A stretch of DNA of 62,904 nucleotides, counting the filler, from Isurus oxyrinchus (taxonomy: Eukaryota): assembly GCA_026770705.1 (NCBI GenBank). It is 2 parts of 2 records of this genome, joined end to end, with 100 filler letters (N's around TTAATTAATTAA, not from the genome) between each part and the next. Parts side by side here need not be neighbours in the genome. Positions count along the whole stretch, not along the records: positions 1 to 31,573 come from JANJGN010000002.1; 1 more part is not named here. One strand, 5' to 3'. Both the position numbers and the translations under genes were made by a program. Shown in pieces: positions 12,701 through 25,050 of this stretch (the first letter of the stretch is position 1; every line of letters begins with the position of its first letter). The notes beneath the pieces were generated by a model. That model was not told the DNA's origin, ran no database searches, and worked only from the letters and a program-made list of their open reading frames with translations.

Positions 12701-13208
12701 ACTATAGCCACCCAGAGGCTACAAGTGGTTTTAATTCTTCAAACCTTTTCTGGGTAACCATCGCTATAACCCAGTTGGGACCATCTGAAGCTTGTGATAT
12801 AAATCTCAGGTTCTGACAGTTCCCGGTGCATGGCAATTGCCCATTAGAAATATGAACTTCCCTGGCAATTGCTGTGCAATCCTTACCTGGGGACCCCTGG
12901 GGGATTCCCCAGTGCATCTTTGGGGTACCCCCGAGATACAGTACACTGCCTTGGAGCTCGGAAGTTACCGGCCAATGTGTCCCTCCTGTAATCCATGTAG
13001 AATGCTGCCTGAAGCTGTTTGTATCAATCTGGAGAACCATCACCAAAATATCTCAGCCAGCTGCCATCTTCATCTCTCCATTCCAGAAGCAGATTAGATC
13101 ACAACCCCCACTCCAATGGTCAAGCTCTCAGCTAAGATGAGCTAGATGTACTGATTCAATCCGTCTGTGTGCTGCATCTGACTCCAACTATTTGTTTTTA
13201 AATCACAG

Positions 13209-13430
13209 AAATCGACTGATCCTCAAATGGATTCCAACTCAATATATATGGTAAGTCTATTAGTAATCATAGTATTTCAAACCTGCGGTGATTGATGACA
13301 ATGTAGATTTCATATCAATGTAGTGATTTAGACCAACACAATGCTACTGCAAATCAAACTAATCCTTCAAACTAAAATATTAAAATATTGCATCTATGTT
13401 TTGTTTTAGAATTTTGATCCACGGTATTAA
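13209..13430 (+). CDS. Two candidate micro-exons (13209-13250, 13410-13430) encoding KSTDPQMDSNSIYM|NFDPRY*
   Basis: TCACAG| ... |GTAAGT (42 nt, phase 0), then TTTTGTTTTAG| acceptor; only the phase-0 frame stays open across the junction. Confidence 0.3.
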
Positions 13431-13639
13431 GTCAGTGAACAACAGGTATGTTTCTGTAAAACACTTCCTGATGTGAAACTTTGACTCATGTTTAACGGTC
13501 TACAAGCCACCACAGTGTGAAATTTATGTGGGGTTCCTGTTTGCTTAATATGAGCACTCTGATTTACGGAGATTATTTAGATGAGGAAAGACAGGAGGAG
13601 GCTCTAGTGGAGCATAAACACCAGCATGAAGTGGCTGGG

Positions 13640-14925
13640 CCAAATGGGCTGTTTCTGGTATGGTAAAGGCTCATAGAGTCGGGGGTAATGGGTAGAGGAT
13701 TGGTTGATGGATAGAAATCAGACAGTGGCCATAAATAGGTCTTTTAAAAGTTGGCAGGCAGTGAATAGTGGATTGCTGCAAGGATCAGTGCTGGGGCCTC
13801 AGCTATTTACAATCTATATCAATGACTGAGATGAAGAGATAGATAGTAAGGTATCTACGTTTGCTGATGATACCAAGTTAGTTGGGGACAGAAGCTGTGG
13901 GGAGGCTCTGAGAGGCTGCAAAGAGAGACAAAAAAGAGACATGTTGAAGCTTTTCATCTTGCACCAATATAAGGGGAAAACAATTTGTACTGTATGTGAA
14001 GAGAGTTCTGATTAGTTGGCAAGTGGACTCTGATTGGTAGAGGCATTGCCATAGAGAATTGCACCAGCGATGGTGACTGACAGTTAACTGCCAAATATTG
14101 TTTGAAATTTAAACCAGGCAGCTTGACCCTGATTGGTCAAGGCATTGTCCCGAGGAATGAGTCAGCGAATGGCTGTCACTTATTTTGTTTAGCTGAAACA
14201 GGCGCAATGTGTATACATGTTCTTTCTGTACATGCAAATGCCCCACATTGTGAGCGTGACTAACAATCTTAAATTGGTTGTCAGCATAATTCTTAGCTCA
14301 TTGAAAATTATTTAGCCAATAAAAACAGAAAATCCTGGAAAAACTCAGCAGGTTTGACAGCCTCTGCGGAGACAGAAACAGAGCTAATGTTTCAAGTCTG
14401 TATGACTCTTCTTCAGGGCACTGAAGAATAAACATGCATTGGAGGCGGTACAGGAAAGCTTCATTGGATTGGTCCCTGGGATGAGGGGGTTGTCCTATGA
14501 TGAGAGGCTGAGTGAATTAGGCTTATAGTCCCTGAAATTTAGAAGAGTGAGAGGTGATCTCATTGAAACCAACACGGGTCTGGAGGGGCTTGATAGGGCG
14601 GACGCTGAGGGATTGTTTCCCCTGGTCGGGGGCACAGTCTCAGGATAAGGGGCTGATCATTTAGGACCGAGATGAGGAGAAATTTCTTCACTCAGAGGGT
14701 TGTGAATCTTTGGAATTCTCTACCTCAGAGGCCTGTGGAAGATCCATCGTTGAATATATTTAAGTTTGGGATAGACAGATTTTTGGCCTCTTAGGGAATC
14801 AAGGGATATGGGGAGTGGGCAGGAAAATGGAGTTGAAATCCAAGATTAACCATGATTGTATTGGGTGGTAGAGTGAGCTCAACAGGCCGGGTCGTCTACT
14901 CCTGCTCCCATTTCGTCTGTTCTTA
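13640..14925 (+). mobile_element. CR1-type LINE fragment interrupted by a ~500 bp insertion (about 13925-14430)
   Basis: QGSVLGPQLF..IYIND..FADDTKL-like RT sequence at 13770-13880 resumes as a CR1 3' end at 14430-14925. Confidence 0.75.
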
Positions 14926-15635
14926 TATATATCCAATGTAATAAGGAATGCAAGCTCTCTCTGGTGGGGACAAATCCATTTCTCCACGCTCTGTGAGTTT
15001 ACACCACAGGCTGACGGGAGCTGAGGTTTAAAAGATTCTATGTGTGAACAATGGCTTTCTTGCAAGTTAACCAGTTAAAACGATACTTCCTGGAAAATAG
15101 CTATGGAAAGCTGAGAGTACTCTACTGATCAGGTCATTGTCATGCAGGGTTGTCTGGTGCTGAGAGTGAAGAACCTCTGGTCCAAGTGAGAGGAACAGCA
15201 CTCCATGCCCAGTGAGTGCTACCTGCTTCAAGACTCGATTGACAGAGCTTGCCATGGCAACCAGTTCCAGTTTCTCATTGTTGGGCATGTAACTGTTGAG
15301 ACAACTTGACTCCAAAGAGACCCTACTTACTTCAATAGGATAGTCACTTTGTGTACAACTGATAATTGTGGAGCTAAGCCCTTGGAATGTGGGAACACCA
15401 GGGTAATGAGGATTCCATCCCAAGAGGATGGATGAGTAGAACCACTCATTGTAAACACTGAGTACAATGCTGCGTTCTGCTCACTAATGAGCACACACCA
15501 CACCCCCTCAACAAATGGTTGTACTGGGTGGAGATACAGAGATTCAGCAGCAGATGTTCATGGTGCTATTTCAAGTTGTTGTTATCTTAAACTTTCTCTT
15601 GCACCAAACCCTCAGAGGTCCAATTCCACCAAACC

Positions 15636-15970
15636 TTTTTCTTAATTCCTCTGTAGGGTGTGAACATCGCTGGCAAAGCAAGCAGGTTTTTCCCATTCCT
15701 AATTGCCCTTGAATGTATTGGCTTGCTAGGCTATTTCAGAGGGCATTTTAAGAATCAGCTACATTGCTGTGGGGAGTCACATGTAGGCCAGACCAGGTAA
15801 AGACAACATGCCTAAGGGACATTCATGAACCAGGCGTTTTTTTTTGACAATCCAATAATTTTATGGTCACCATTACTGAGCCTGGCTTTTTAAATAACAT
15901 CCAGTTTTATTTATAAATTGAATTTAAATTCCCCCAGCTGGCGCAGTAAGATTTGACCTTGTGTCCCCAA
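15636..15970 (-). mobile_element. SINE copy (same family as 46090-46652 and 50175-50560)
   Basis: Reverse complement of the AAGGGCAATTAGG tail and GGCCTACATGTGACTCC body. Confidence 0.7.
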
Positions 15971-17261
15971 CTACACGAGGAGGTGCAGAGTGCCCCTCAC
16001 CTGTAAGGACACCTCCCTCCTCACTGAGACCATAACTCAGGGGACCATAACTCCTTGGCCCAGCTTTTAAGAGAAAGAGACTTTCTGGGATGATTGGTGA
16101 ATTCCCTTTAAAAAAATCATCCCCACCAATAAATATATCACATGTGACTAAACACACTAATAACTGTCTGACTTAACACCAGGTTATCTATAATAAACTA
16201 ACTCTATCTCACGTCTAATTTTGTTTTAAGAGGGCATTAAAGAGATGTTGAAGTGCCGTCAGCCCCTGACATACCTTAAGAGGACAAACTTTCCTTGAGA
16301 CATCGTTCTACAATTAACGCTGGAGGTTTTGCTCTGTATATTTAGACACAACTTTCTGTGAATTAATGTATTATGTTACCATAGAGTTGCTTTTGTTCCG
16401 ACCTGAGAATGCTCGATGCTGACACTGTGTGGCTGAAATAGAAATGTATTCCAGTCCAAAATGCTAAGATCCCTCACTGAGAGCAGACAGAATCAGGCAT
16501 GAGGGAACTTAGAGAGAGAGAGTTCTCAAGACAGAGAGAGAATGGATAGCTGTCAAATTATCTGTGAGGTTGCTAATATTTGCACTTTGTATCTTGACAC
16601 ACAATAAATAATATTGAACTCCATGAATGCTGTGTTGAATTGGTTTTCAATCGGTAAAGGAAATGCCCATCATGTTATGTGTTAGGGTAGTCTCCAGGCC
16701 AGCTGGCACTCACTGTGTTGGGTGGGTTGCGTAACCTGCAGCTTCGCTAGCTTTTACCAGCTGCTGTGAGGGTCACCACTGGCCTCAATTCCTTTGCCTC
16801 TGGCTCCCTGCAGGATTCTACCCGAGATATCGAGTGTCTTCCAACTGGCTGTTTCTAAGTGCATAAAGAGAGGCCAGGGATGGGTTACCTTGGCTGCAAG
16901 TTCCAGATATAAAGCCAGGCACAACAGCAGGCAGAAAATACACCCAAGGAAGTTGCAGCCTTAAAAGAACTGAGGAACCAGTTGACAGAGGACACTCAGG
17001 AATGTTTCATATTCAGCAGGAAGCCAAGAGATTCAAGAAAGAGACTTCCGAACTGAAGAAAATGGTTGGACATTTGGAAGAAAACTTGGGAAGCAGGACA
17101 TTTCCAAAGATGTATATGAAGAGATGAAAATCAAGAACCTAGCAAGTGGAAACTCTCACAAAGGAGCATGTGGTGTTCAGAAGCAATTGGCAGAAGCGCA
17201 GTTACAGAATGTGACTTGAAGGATAGGAGGAATTGTACTTTACCGAGGGAAAACTGATCAG

Positions 17262-17830
17262 TGTCAAGAATCAGCTTTCACCGACAAAAGAGGAGTTTGG
17301 TAAGAAAAAATAGGAACGCTGGAACGTCGCTCACGGGAAGCAGAAAGAGGATTTGAGACGTCGAAATGATAATGTTGTAGAAATGAATTCAATGAAGATA
17401 GCTCCTCAATTAAAATTTGAGAATATTCAAGCATTAGATATCTCCAGTAAGCATCGTGAACAATGCCTAGATCAGGAGAAAGAATTGATGATGAATCAGA
17501 ACAGTGGCTTGAATGCAGAAGTAACAACCAAAACTGATGAAACTCTCGAATTTCAACCCAGTCTGAACAACATGAAGTTGAGATGTGCAAGTACGAAAGT
17601 GCTAATCCAGACATTGGAATCAGGCAAGGAGAATTCTAAGAAACAGACTGAAGAAATAATGGACGAATTGAAAGAAACCAAAGAGCAGTCAGCGACCATG
17701 GAAGATAGATCCTGAAAACAAATGAATGTCCAGATGAAGTTCTCAAACTGATACAAGCGGCCCGCAGGTGACTCTGAAACAACAACTCAGTTTACCAGCG
17801 CAGCTGCTGAACTGAATGAAAAGAGTTTTC
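17262..17830 (+). pseudogene. Nucleoprotein TPR-like processed pseudogene fragment (N-terminal coiled coil)
   Basis: QLKFENIQALDISSKHREQCLDQEKELMMNQNSGLNAEVTTKTDE...LKETKEQSATMED..KFSN*YKRPAGDSE resembles TPR as recalled ([44 protein letters not shown]...LKEAKEQQASMEE..KLSNLYKSAADDSE); stops and frameshifts, no introns. Confidence 0.65.
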
Positions 17831-17984
17831 ACTCAAAAAAACAATTGGAAAATAAAGGAGTAATCAAACACCTGGGTTAAATTGTGAAACAAATGGGAAT
17901 GAATGAAACGTGAACTTCCACAAGCATCACCACAGCCGACACAAAGAAGGAAGAAGAGGTAGAACAATAAAGTGACGAGCACAA

Positions 17985-18700
17985 TAGAAACATAGAAACT
18001 AGGAGCAGGAGGAGGCCATTCAGCCCTTCAAGCCTGTTCCGCCATTCAATATGGTCATGGCTGAACCTCTATCTCAACGCCATATTTCCTCTTTCTCTCC
18101 ATATCTCTTGATGCCCTAATATCCAAAAATTTATCAATTTCTTTCTTGAATATACTCAATGACCAGCCTCCACAGCCTCTGTGGTGGAGAATTCCACAGG
18201 TTGACCACCCTCTGGGTGAAGAAATGTTTCCTCATCTCAGTCCTAAATGGCCTGTCCCACATCCTGAGACTGTGGCCCCTGGTTCTAGACTCCCCATCCA
18301 GGGGAAACATCCTCCCTGCATCTAGTCTGTCAGGCCCTGTTAGAATTTTATACGTTTCAATCAGATCCCCCCTCATTCTTCTAAACTCTGGTGAATACAG
18401 GCCCAGTCGAACCAATCTCTCCTCATACGACAGTCCTGCCATCCCTGGGTATCAGCCTAGTGAACTTTCGTTGCACTCCCTCCATGACAAGTATATCCTT
18501 TCTTAGGTAGGGAGACCTAAACTGCATGCAATACTCCAGGTGTGGTCTCACCAAGGCCCTGTGTAACTGCAGTAAGACATCCCTACTTCTGAACTCAAAT
18601 CCTCTTGCAATGAAGGCCAACATCCCATTTGCCTTCCTAATCGCTTGCTGCACCTGCCTGTTTACGTTCATTGACTGGTGTATGGGGACACCCAGAGCCC
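17985..18700 (-). mobile_element. CR1-type LINE 3' end
   Basis: Minus ORFs KANGMLAFIARG..LVRPHLEYC and GLSYEERLVRLGLYS..FFTQRVVNLWNS; TTTCTATG-type tail. Confidence 0.9.
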
Positions 18701-19377
18701 TGATCTAGGAAGGATGGGTGTGCCAATGTTTGTCCATCCTGCAAGAAATGGGGTAAAGTAACTGCCATTGATCATTGCAACTGCTGAATCGACAAAGAGC
18801 GTTCAATACTGAAGGACATTACCTCCCCAAACTGTAAAATGCAAGGCATTAAACCCCAAACCCATGGGCAGGACTGCGTACTGGAAAATATAAATTGCAA
18901 AACTGCAACACAACATAGGGAGCTGATCTCTGCAGGCATGAGGGGTTAATTCTAACATTGCAGAAGTGTCAGGGCATGGAGCAAACTGCAGATACAGAAA
19001 GATGTTAAACACTGGACAATTCAGCAGGATGGCAACAGGGGATATGTTTGTGACATTATGATATGAATCATCATAAAAGGAGGCCGACCCCAGTGCGTGT
19101 ACGCTGCAGTCGGAAAGAAGGAGTACAGAGACTGGTCATCTCTAGATCCAGGCCTACAATCAATACCAGTAATGGTTATAAATAATGTCGAATTAATAAT
19201 ATATAACGTATAGTATTGAAGAAGAGCCACACGCACTCAAAACGTTAAATATATTTCTCTCTCCACCGATGCCGCCAGACCTGCTGAGCTTTTCCAGGAT
19301 CTTCTGTTCCTATTTCAGATTTCCAGCATCTGCAGTACTTTGCTTTTATACCAGTAACGGCCAGTTGTGAGAGTGAT

Positions 19378-20280
19378 TGTAAGTTTCAGCCAAACTGTAG
19401 AGAATTTGTACTGGGGTAATTTTGGAAGTTGCAGTCAAATTGCAGAGGAGTTTGAACTGTGTTAATTTGTGTAAATTTAAGTGAACCTTGTACAGGAGTT
19501 TTGTGCTGTGGGCTTTGTGTAAATTCCGGACAAGTCATAGGGGGATTTGTACTGAGGAGGGAGCTTGTGAGTCAATAAATGAATGAACCTGAGGTTGAGC
19601 CAAACTGTTGTGTGCATTTTGTCCTTGTAATCCCTAAGGACCAAGAACTGGAGTGGGGGGGTGGAGGGTGCAGAAAGCCTTACAGATTGTGGCAATCGCA
19701 GCAGGACCCTAACCTTAAGAATGTAATGATGGACGGGGTCGAGGGCAAGAGCCCCTTGATGGAGGACAGGACATCCTCGTATGCGTGAGGCTCATTTCTG
19801 AGCAGTGGCTGCTGGAAATGATGTACTCTGACAGTCTCCAGGAGAGGGCAGCAGATTGGACAGGTAAAATCCAACATGAGAGATCAGAGGAAAGGGTAGT
19901 TTGGTTACTGTGTGCACAGAAACAAATCCAGATTCTCACGGAGAGAGTTAGGAGGTTAGATGAGGAGAAAAGGGAATCAGAAAACAGGGCAAGCAACAGA
20001 GAGGCCACAGTGAATCGGCTGACAGAAGATCTAAGTTACGACAGGCAGGAGAGGAAAACGCAGGAAGAATCATCTCGGAATGTGATAGGCTACCTTCCAA
20101 TGTCAGGTCAGCGAGAGCAAAAGGGGAGTGTCCGGCTCAGCGCAAGGAAAGTGTCAGCAATTTGGAGACAAGGCTGACAAGGCTGAGGGATAGTTGAAGG
20201 ATATCGAGATGGCGTAGAGGGTAGCTCATAATTGGGTACATGAAGAGGCCGGCCACAGGCTCTGTAAGGAGAAAATTTGT
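19378..20280 (+). mobile_element. LTR retroelement 5' fragment: LTR (19378-19684), primer-binding-site-like motif (19690-19706), decayed gag-like coiled-coil ORF
   Basis: TGTAAG...CTTACA termini with internal AATAAA (19574); TGGCAATCGCAGCAGGA 5 nt downstream; charged helical ORF 19785-20177. Confidence 0.55.
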
Positions 20281-20374
20281 AAGTAAGGGCTGGTATGTGA
20301 CCACTAGAACCGGCTAGAAAAGTTCCTTCAGGCTAAACTCACTGATTTCACTGAGATCGGTAACTCATTTCAAG

Positions 20375-20800
20375 TGGATAATGCAATTTTGCATCAAGTA
20401 TCCAGGGGAGCTGCCATGATGTCTTGACCTCTGGGCAGTCTCAGGTTCCACAGATCTTCTTGCCAGTGCAGACCCTCAACAGTTAGCACCTGGGGGACAA
20501 GGGATACCCACTGACCATAAGGCTGATGTCCTCAGTCAGGAAGCCCACCACAGAGGCATAGGAGAGATACAACGGGAGCCATTTAATCACCAGGGCCACA
20601 ACAGAGCTAGCCATTGACCTACTTAAAATGAGGGTCCACTGCCTGGACTGATCTGGGTGAGCCCTTCAATATGGCCCAGTGAGGCTATCCCAGATGGCAA
20701 TGGTGTGCTGTGCCCGGCCTAACGTGGCACTGCAAAATGTATTGGAGCTGGCACAGGAGTAATGTGGAGAGTGTCAGACATCCTTGATGGAGGAGGAGGA
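20375..20800 (+). pseudogene. Harbinger (HARBI1-type) transposase fragment
   Basis: Frameshifted translation YPGSCHD..LGDKGYPL..YN.SH..TRAT.ELAIDLLKMR.HCLD*SG*ALQY. Confidence 0.75.
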
Positions 20801-22019
20801 TGTGTCTCCAGCTACAGAGTTGCCTGTCAGAGAAGTCAACTCTTCAATTGAGAACTTCGATTAGCTACATTAAAGTCGTCTCATCACTAGCCCCACTCCC
20901 TCCACCCCCACACCCATACCAGGAACCCTCCTCCTTACAGATGCTCATCCGCCCAACACATTCCCAGCCTTACTGCCTCATCTAAACACCTCATGCCATT
21001 TAGAGGAAGTAGCTGAGGCACCGGATGGTCAATGAATTGATAAGGAGGACTTATTAGAAAGGTTGGCAGTTCTTAGAGGGGTTAATCACCAAGACCGGAC
21101 GTGATGCATCCAAGGATGCAGAAGGAAGGAGAAGTGGGAACTGAGGGTGGTACAAAAAAGGCTGGAGAGTTGCAAACATTGCGCTCTTATTCAAATATGG
21201 TTGTAAGAATAAGCCCAGCAATTACAGACCAATCAGTTTAGCTTCAGTGGTGGGCAAGATTCTAGAAACAATTATTCTGGATAGGATTAATAGTCACATG
21301 GAAAAATCTGGATTGATAAGGAAGATCCAACATGGGTTTCTAAAGGGGAAATTGTGTTTAATTAACTTGCTGGAGTTTGTCGAAGTGGTAACAGAAAAGG
21401 TCGATGAGGGTAATGCTGTTGATGTGGTATACATGGACTTTCAAAAGGCATTTGATAGAGTGCCACACAACAGACTTGCGAAGAAAGTTATTGCTCATGG
21501 AATAAAAGGGACAGTAGCCACGTGGATACAAAATTGGCTGAAAAATAGGAAGCAGAGAGTAATGGTCAATGGGTATTTTCGGGCTGGAGGAAGGTTTGTA
21601 GTGGAGATCCCCAGGGGTCAGTATTGGGACTCTTGCTTTTCCTGATATATATTAATGATCTAGATCTTGGTGTGCAGGGGTCAATTTCAAAGTTTGCAGA
21701 TGATATGAAGCTTGGGAATGTTGGGAACTGTGAGGAGGATGGTCTGGATCTTCAAGAGGACATAGACAGGTTGGTGGAGAGGGCACATAGGTGACAAATG
21801 AAGTTCAATACAGAGAAGTGTGGGGTGGTACAATTTGGAAGGAAGAGCATGGAGACAATATAAAATAAGGGGCAGAATTTTGGCCCTGATGGGCGGGTGG
21901 GCCCGACCGATTCAGCGGCAGCAATCAGCCCCTCGGGGAGAGAGAGAGAGGCAGCTGTCACAGGACAGGAGCAGGAGGAGGGGGAGCAGGCTGCAGGAGA
22001 GGCCAGCGGCAGTGGGTGG

Positions 22020-24741
22020 GGGGGTGACTGTGCTCCCAGATCCTCGAACACCTGCCTTGCTGTCCTCCTCCAAGAGGTTTCCAGCTGTCGGGATATATTG
22101 TATCCGGAGGATGGGAGCAGGAGATCTCCCCCATGTCACCAGGCAGGCGTGGGAGGAGGTGGGTGATGCTGTCAGGGCCCATGATGATGTGTGGTACACA
22201 GGCACCCAGTACTGCAAGAGATTCAATGATTTGCTGCGCTCTGGAAGGGTGAGTACCATGTCAGCCTTGGCCATTTGACCCAGCAGGTAGCCTTAGCCTT
22301 TGAGGCCCCACCACCCCCATGTCTTGCTGTCGTTACTGCATTGGGCATTTGGCACATGCTGGGTGGGCAAACAGAGAGTGACCATGCTTACATCAGCCTT
22401 AGTGGGTGAGGAGAAGATGGGTTCTCCCCACAACATATGTTGGTGTTTGTCACATTTGAATAGTCTGGGGGCAACCTGCAGCTAGACACATACTCAGAAC
22501 TCCAACACATGTCATACTGATGAGATGGTAGAAGGGGAGCCTCTAGGTGTCGTGGCCAAGAGCCATCTACTGGCCTCGGTGCTGCACCTAGTTGCACCTC
22601 CTTGCCATGGCCGCCAAGACCTGTGTGTTATTCATAGTGATGGACACCGAATGTGTCCAAGGTGTCCGTTGGGGGAGGGGGTTGGGAGCAGCCGTACTAT
22701 CTTCTGGGGACTGATCACCAGTAGTGTGGACAAGAGCCGCTGGAGGCCTCAGATGGGCCACTGTGGTTGGGGTGCGGCATGCGGGTACAGAGTACATGAG
22801 CGATCAGCCCCAGTAATTCCTCTTCCCTGTTCTGCAGGCAAAAACCGAACACAATCAAAGGGAGCGCCAGAGGACTGATGGTGGGCACGCCGTGCTGCAG
22901 TGCCTCACCACCTTCCAGGGGCAGGCCATGGAGCTGGGGAGAAGGCAGGCAGCCAGGGCGGCAGGTGTCGGCGAGGCTGGGGTCCAGCAGCCAGGTATTT
23001 GAGGTCCACAGTCTCATCCATTCTGTCTCCCCACCATCCAAACCACTGATGGTTGCTGCAATCATTAATGCTGCAACACTGCTCATTCACAGACTGAGAC
23101 ACTCTGACATGTGGGTCATACACAAAGGTCCCTCGTCCCCTTGAGGAATCACGTCTCCACCACCTTCCAAAGTCACCTTATCCCATTTCTGACCACTATC
23201 CCCATGGTCTAACATGCCATGGCATCACTGCTGCACAGCCAAAGACTTGTTGCATCTTAGGGGGGTTGGAACCTCCACCACCCTTTCAGCCAGTGCGTCC
23301 CACGTTACTCTGTCCAAAAGGTCCTCAGCACTTTATCTGTCAACCTCATGGCACTCAACATAAATAAATGTCACCACGGTATTCATCCCTGCGCCAAGGG
23401 GAAATGTTGCCTTCTGCCCACCCGGTCTATGCCCCTCATATGAAGATCAATAATGTGACCCATCAATCTCCTGTGCTTCACGGCAAATGTCACAAGTTTC
23501 CTCGTCACTCCAACTCTTCAGGCCAGCATGCATCCAGGTCAGGTACCTCTGCACTCTCCTCACTCCAATGCCACATAACATTCCATGTGATATTCCTTAG
23601 GCCTTCTGACCAGCCTGTCTGTATGCGCGTCTAATGTTTGGGCCTCCTCTTGTCTCTTTTCCAGCTCACCAATGTTCGTTTCCTTAGGTTCTTGAAGGGT
23701 GAGCGTCTTATGAGGCTGGGGGTGAAAGGGATGAAAGGTTTAACTGGCTGAACGCTAACTGATGCACTGTCCTTGTTAATTTCAGCATTACCACTGCATG
23801 GCCGCGGCCAACAAGTCCAGAGCCCACCTGAGGGCCAAGACATGCAACTTGCAGCAGATCATTTCAGCCAGCCAGGCGCCAGCGCAGACACAAAGACCTC
23901 GGTGGGGACTTTACCGTCGGCTAGTGTCCCAGGGCACAGTGGAGAGGGCACTTCACAATCGCTGGAGGAGATGGTAGGGATAGAGAGTGCCGATGGCGCC
24001 AGCAGCCAGAGGGCTGCAGAGGACCAGGCACATGCTGAGTCCGGCAGTGATGATGGGCCTCTGGAGGTGTCACCAATGCAGCAGCTGCAGGACAAGCGGC
24101 AGGATTCGTGGGAGCATCTGGTAGGGTTGCATGAGGGTATGCTTCAGTTGGTCTCTGCGATGGAGGAGTCCAGGCAGAGTGTCAGTGAAGGCATAAACCT
24201 CAGGACAGAGATTCAGGCTTCCTCCACTGAGAGATTGGCTGCTCTCATGGAGAGGGGCTTTGATCGGAGGGATAATCTTCTGTTTGGGTTACGCTTTGAC
24301 CTGCAAGCCTTCCCAGTGGTAATGGCCGGGGGTGGTCATTCCCAATGTGGGAGATGTTCTGGGCACCAAGTGTCGGCGCTCGGTGCCCATGCATCTGTGG
24401 TGAGCAGGGAGGTCCAATGTGACCTCATGTCGGCGCAGCAGCTGCCTGTCGTCGCTGCGAGCTCCTCTCAGGGCGCTCCGGCTGAGGGAAGCAGCTCCTC
24501 CACCCCTCTCCCAGTGACCGTAGCATCCAGTGAGGCTGCAACAACTGGGGAGATGACAGTTCTGGAACTGGCCACTCCCTCCCAGGCGGGGCCATCACAG
24601 GATCCACGGGCCAGAGGACGCTCGCCAAGGTCATCGAGGCCAACAGGACAGCAGAGTCAGCAGGCTGTCTCACAAGCCACTCTGAGCGATGGGGCGGCAC
24701 CAAGATGTAGCACCCGCAAACATAAGCATAAGGGACGTTAG
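22020..24741 (+). pseudogene. Harbinger Myb/SANT-like DNA-binding accessory gene (spliced, frameshifted)
   Basis: APR..CLAVLLQEV..RDILYP / TRQAWEEVG..QYCKRFNDLLRS ending at GTGAGT (22249); acceptors before 22838 (AKTEHNQRERQRTDGG) and 23786; last exon open to 24741. Confidence 0.75.
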
Positions 24742-25050
24742 GCACTCCACGGGTAAGTCACTGGTGATTTTGTGTTGGCCCTAGATTAGGGAATATATCA
24801 TTATGTTTGTAAGAGAGACAGTTGTGTTTTATTTTGGACTGAATAAAGTCCAGTTTTCTAACCATGGCTGAGGGTGTTTCCTTTGTGCTGCATTTGTCTT
24901 TTTCACAGACATATCTTGAGTGTTTGAGTGGACATTGATGTTTCTGTACTGAGCCCTTAGTTGTAGCTGATAAGTTGGAAGATGTAGCACCTAAGTACCA
25001 CATGTGGAAGTTCCAGGCAATGCTGGTCCTGCTGATCAATGTGTGTGGAC

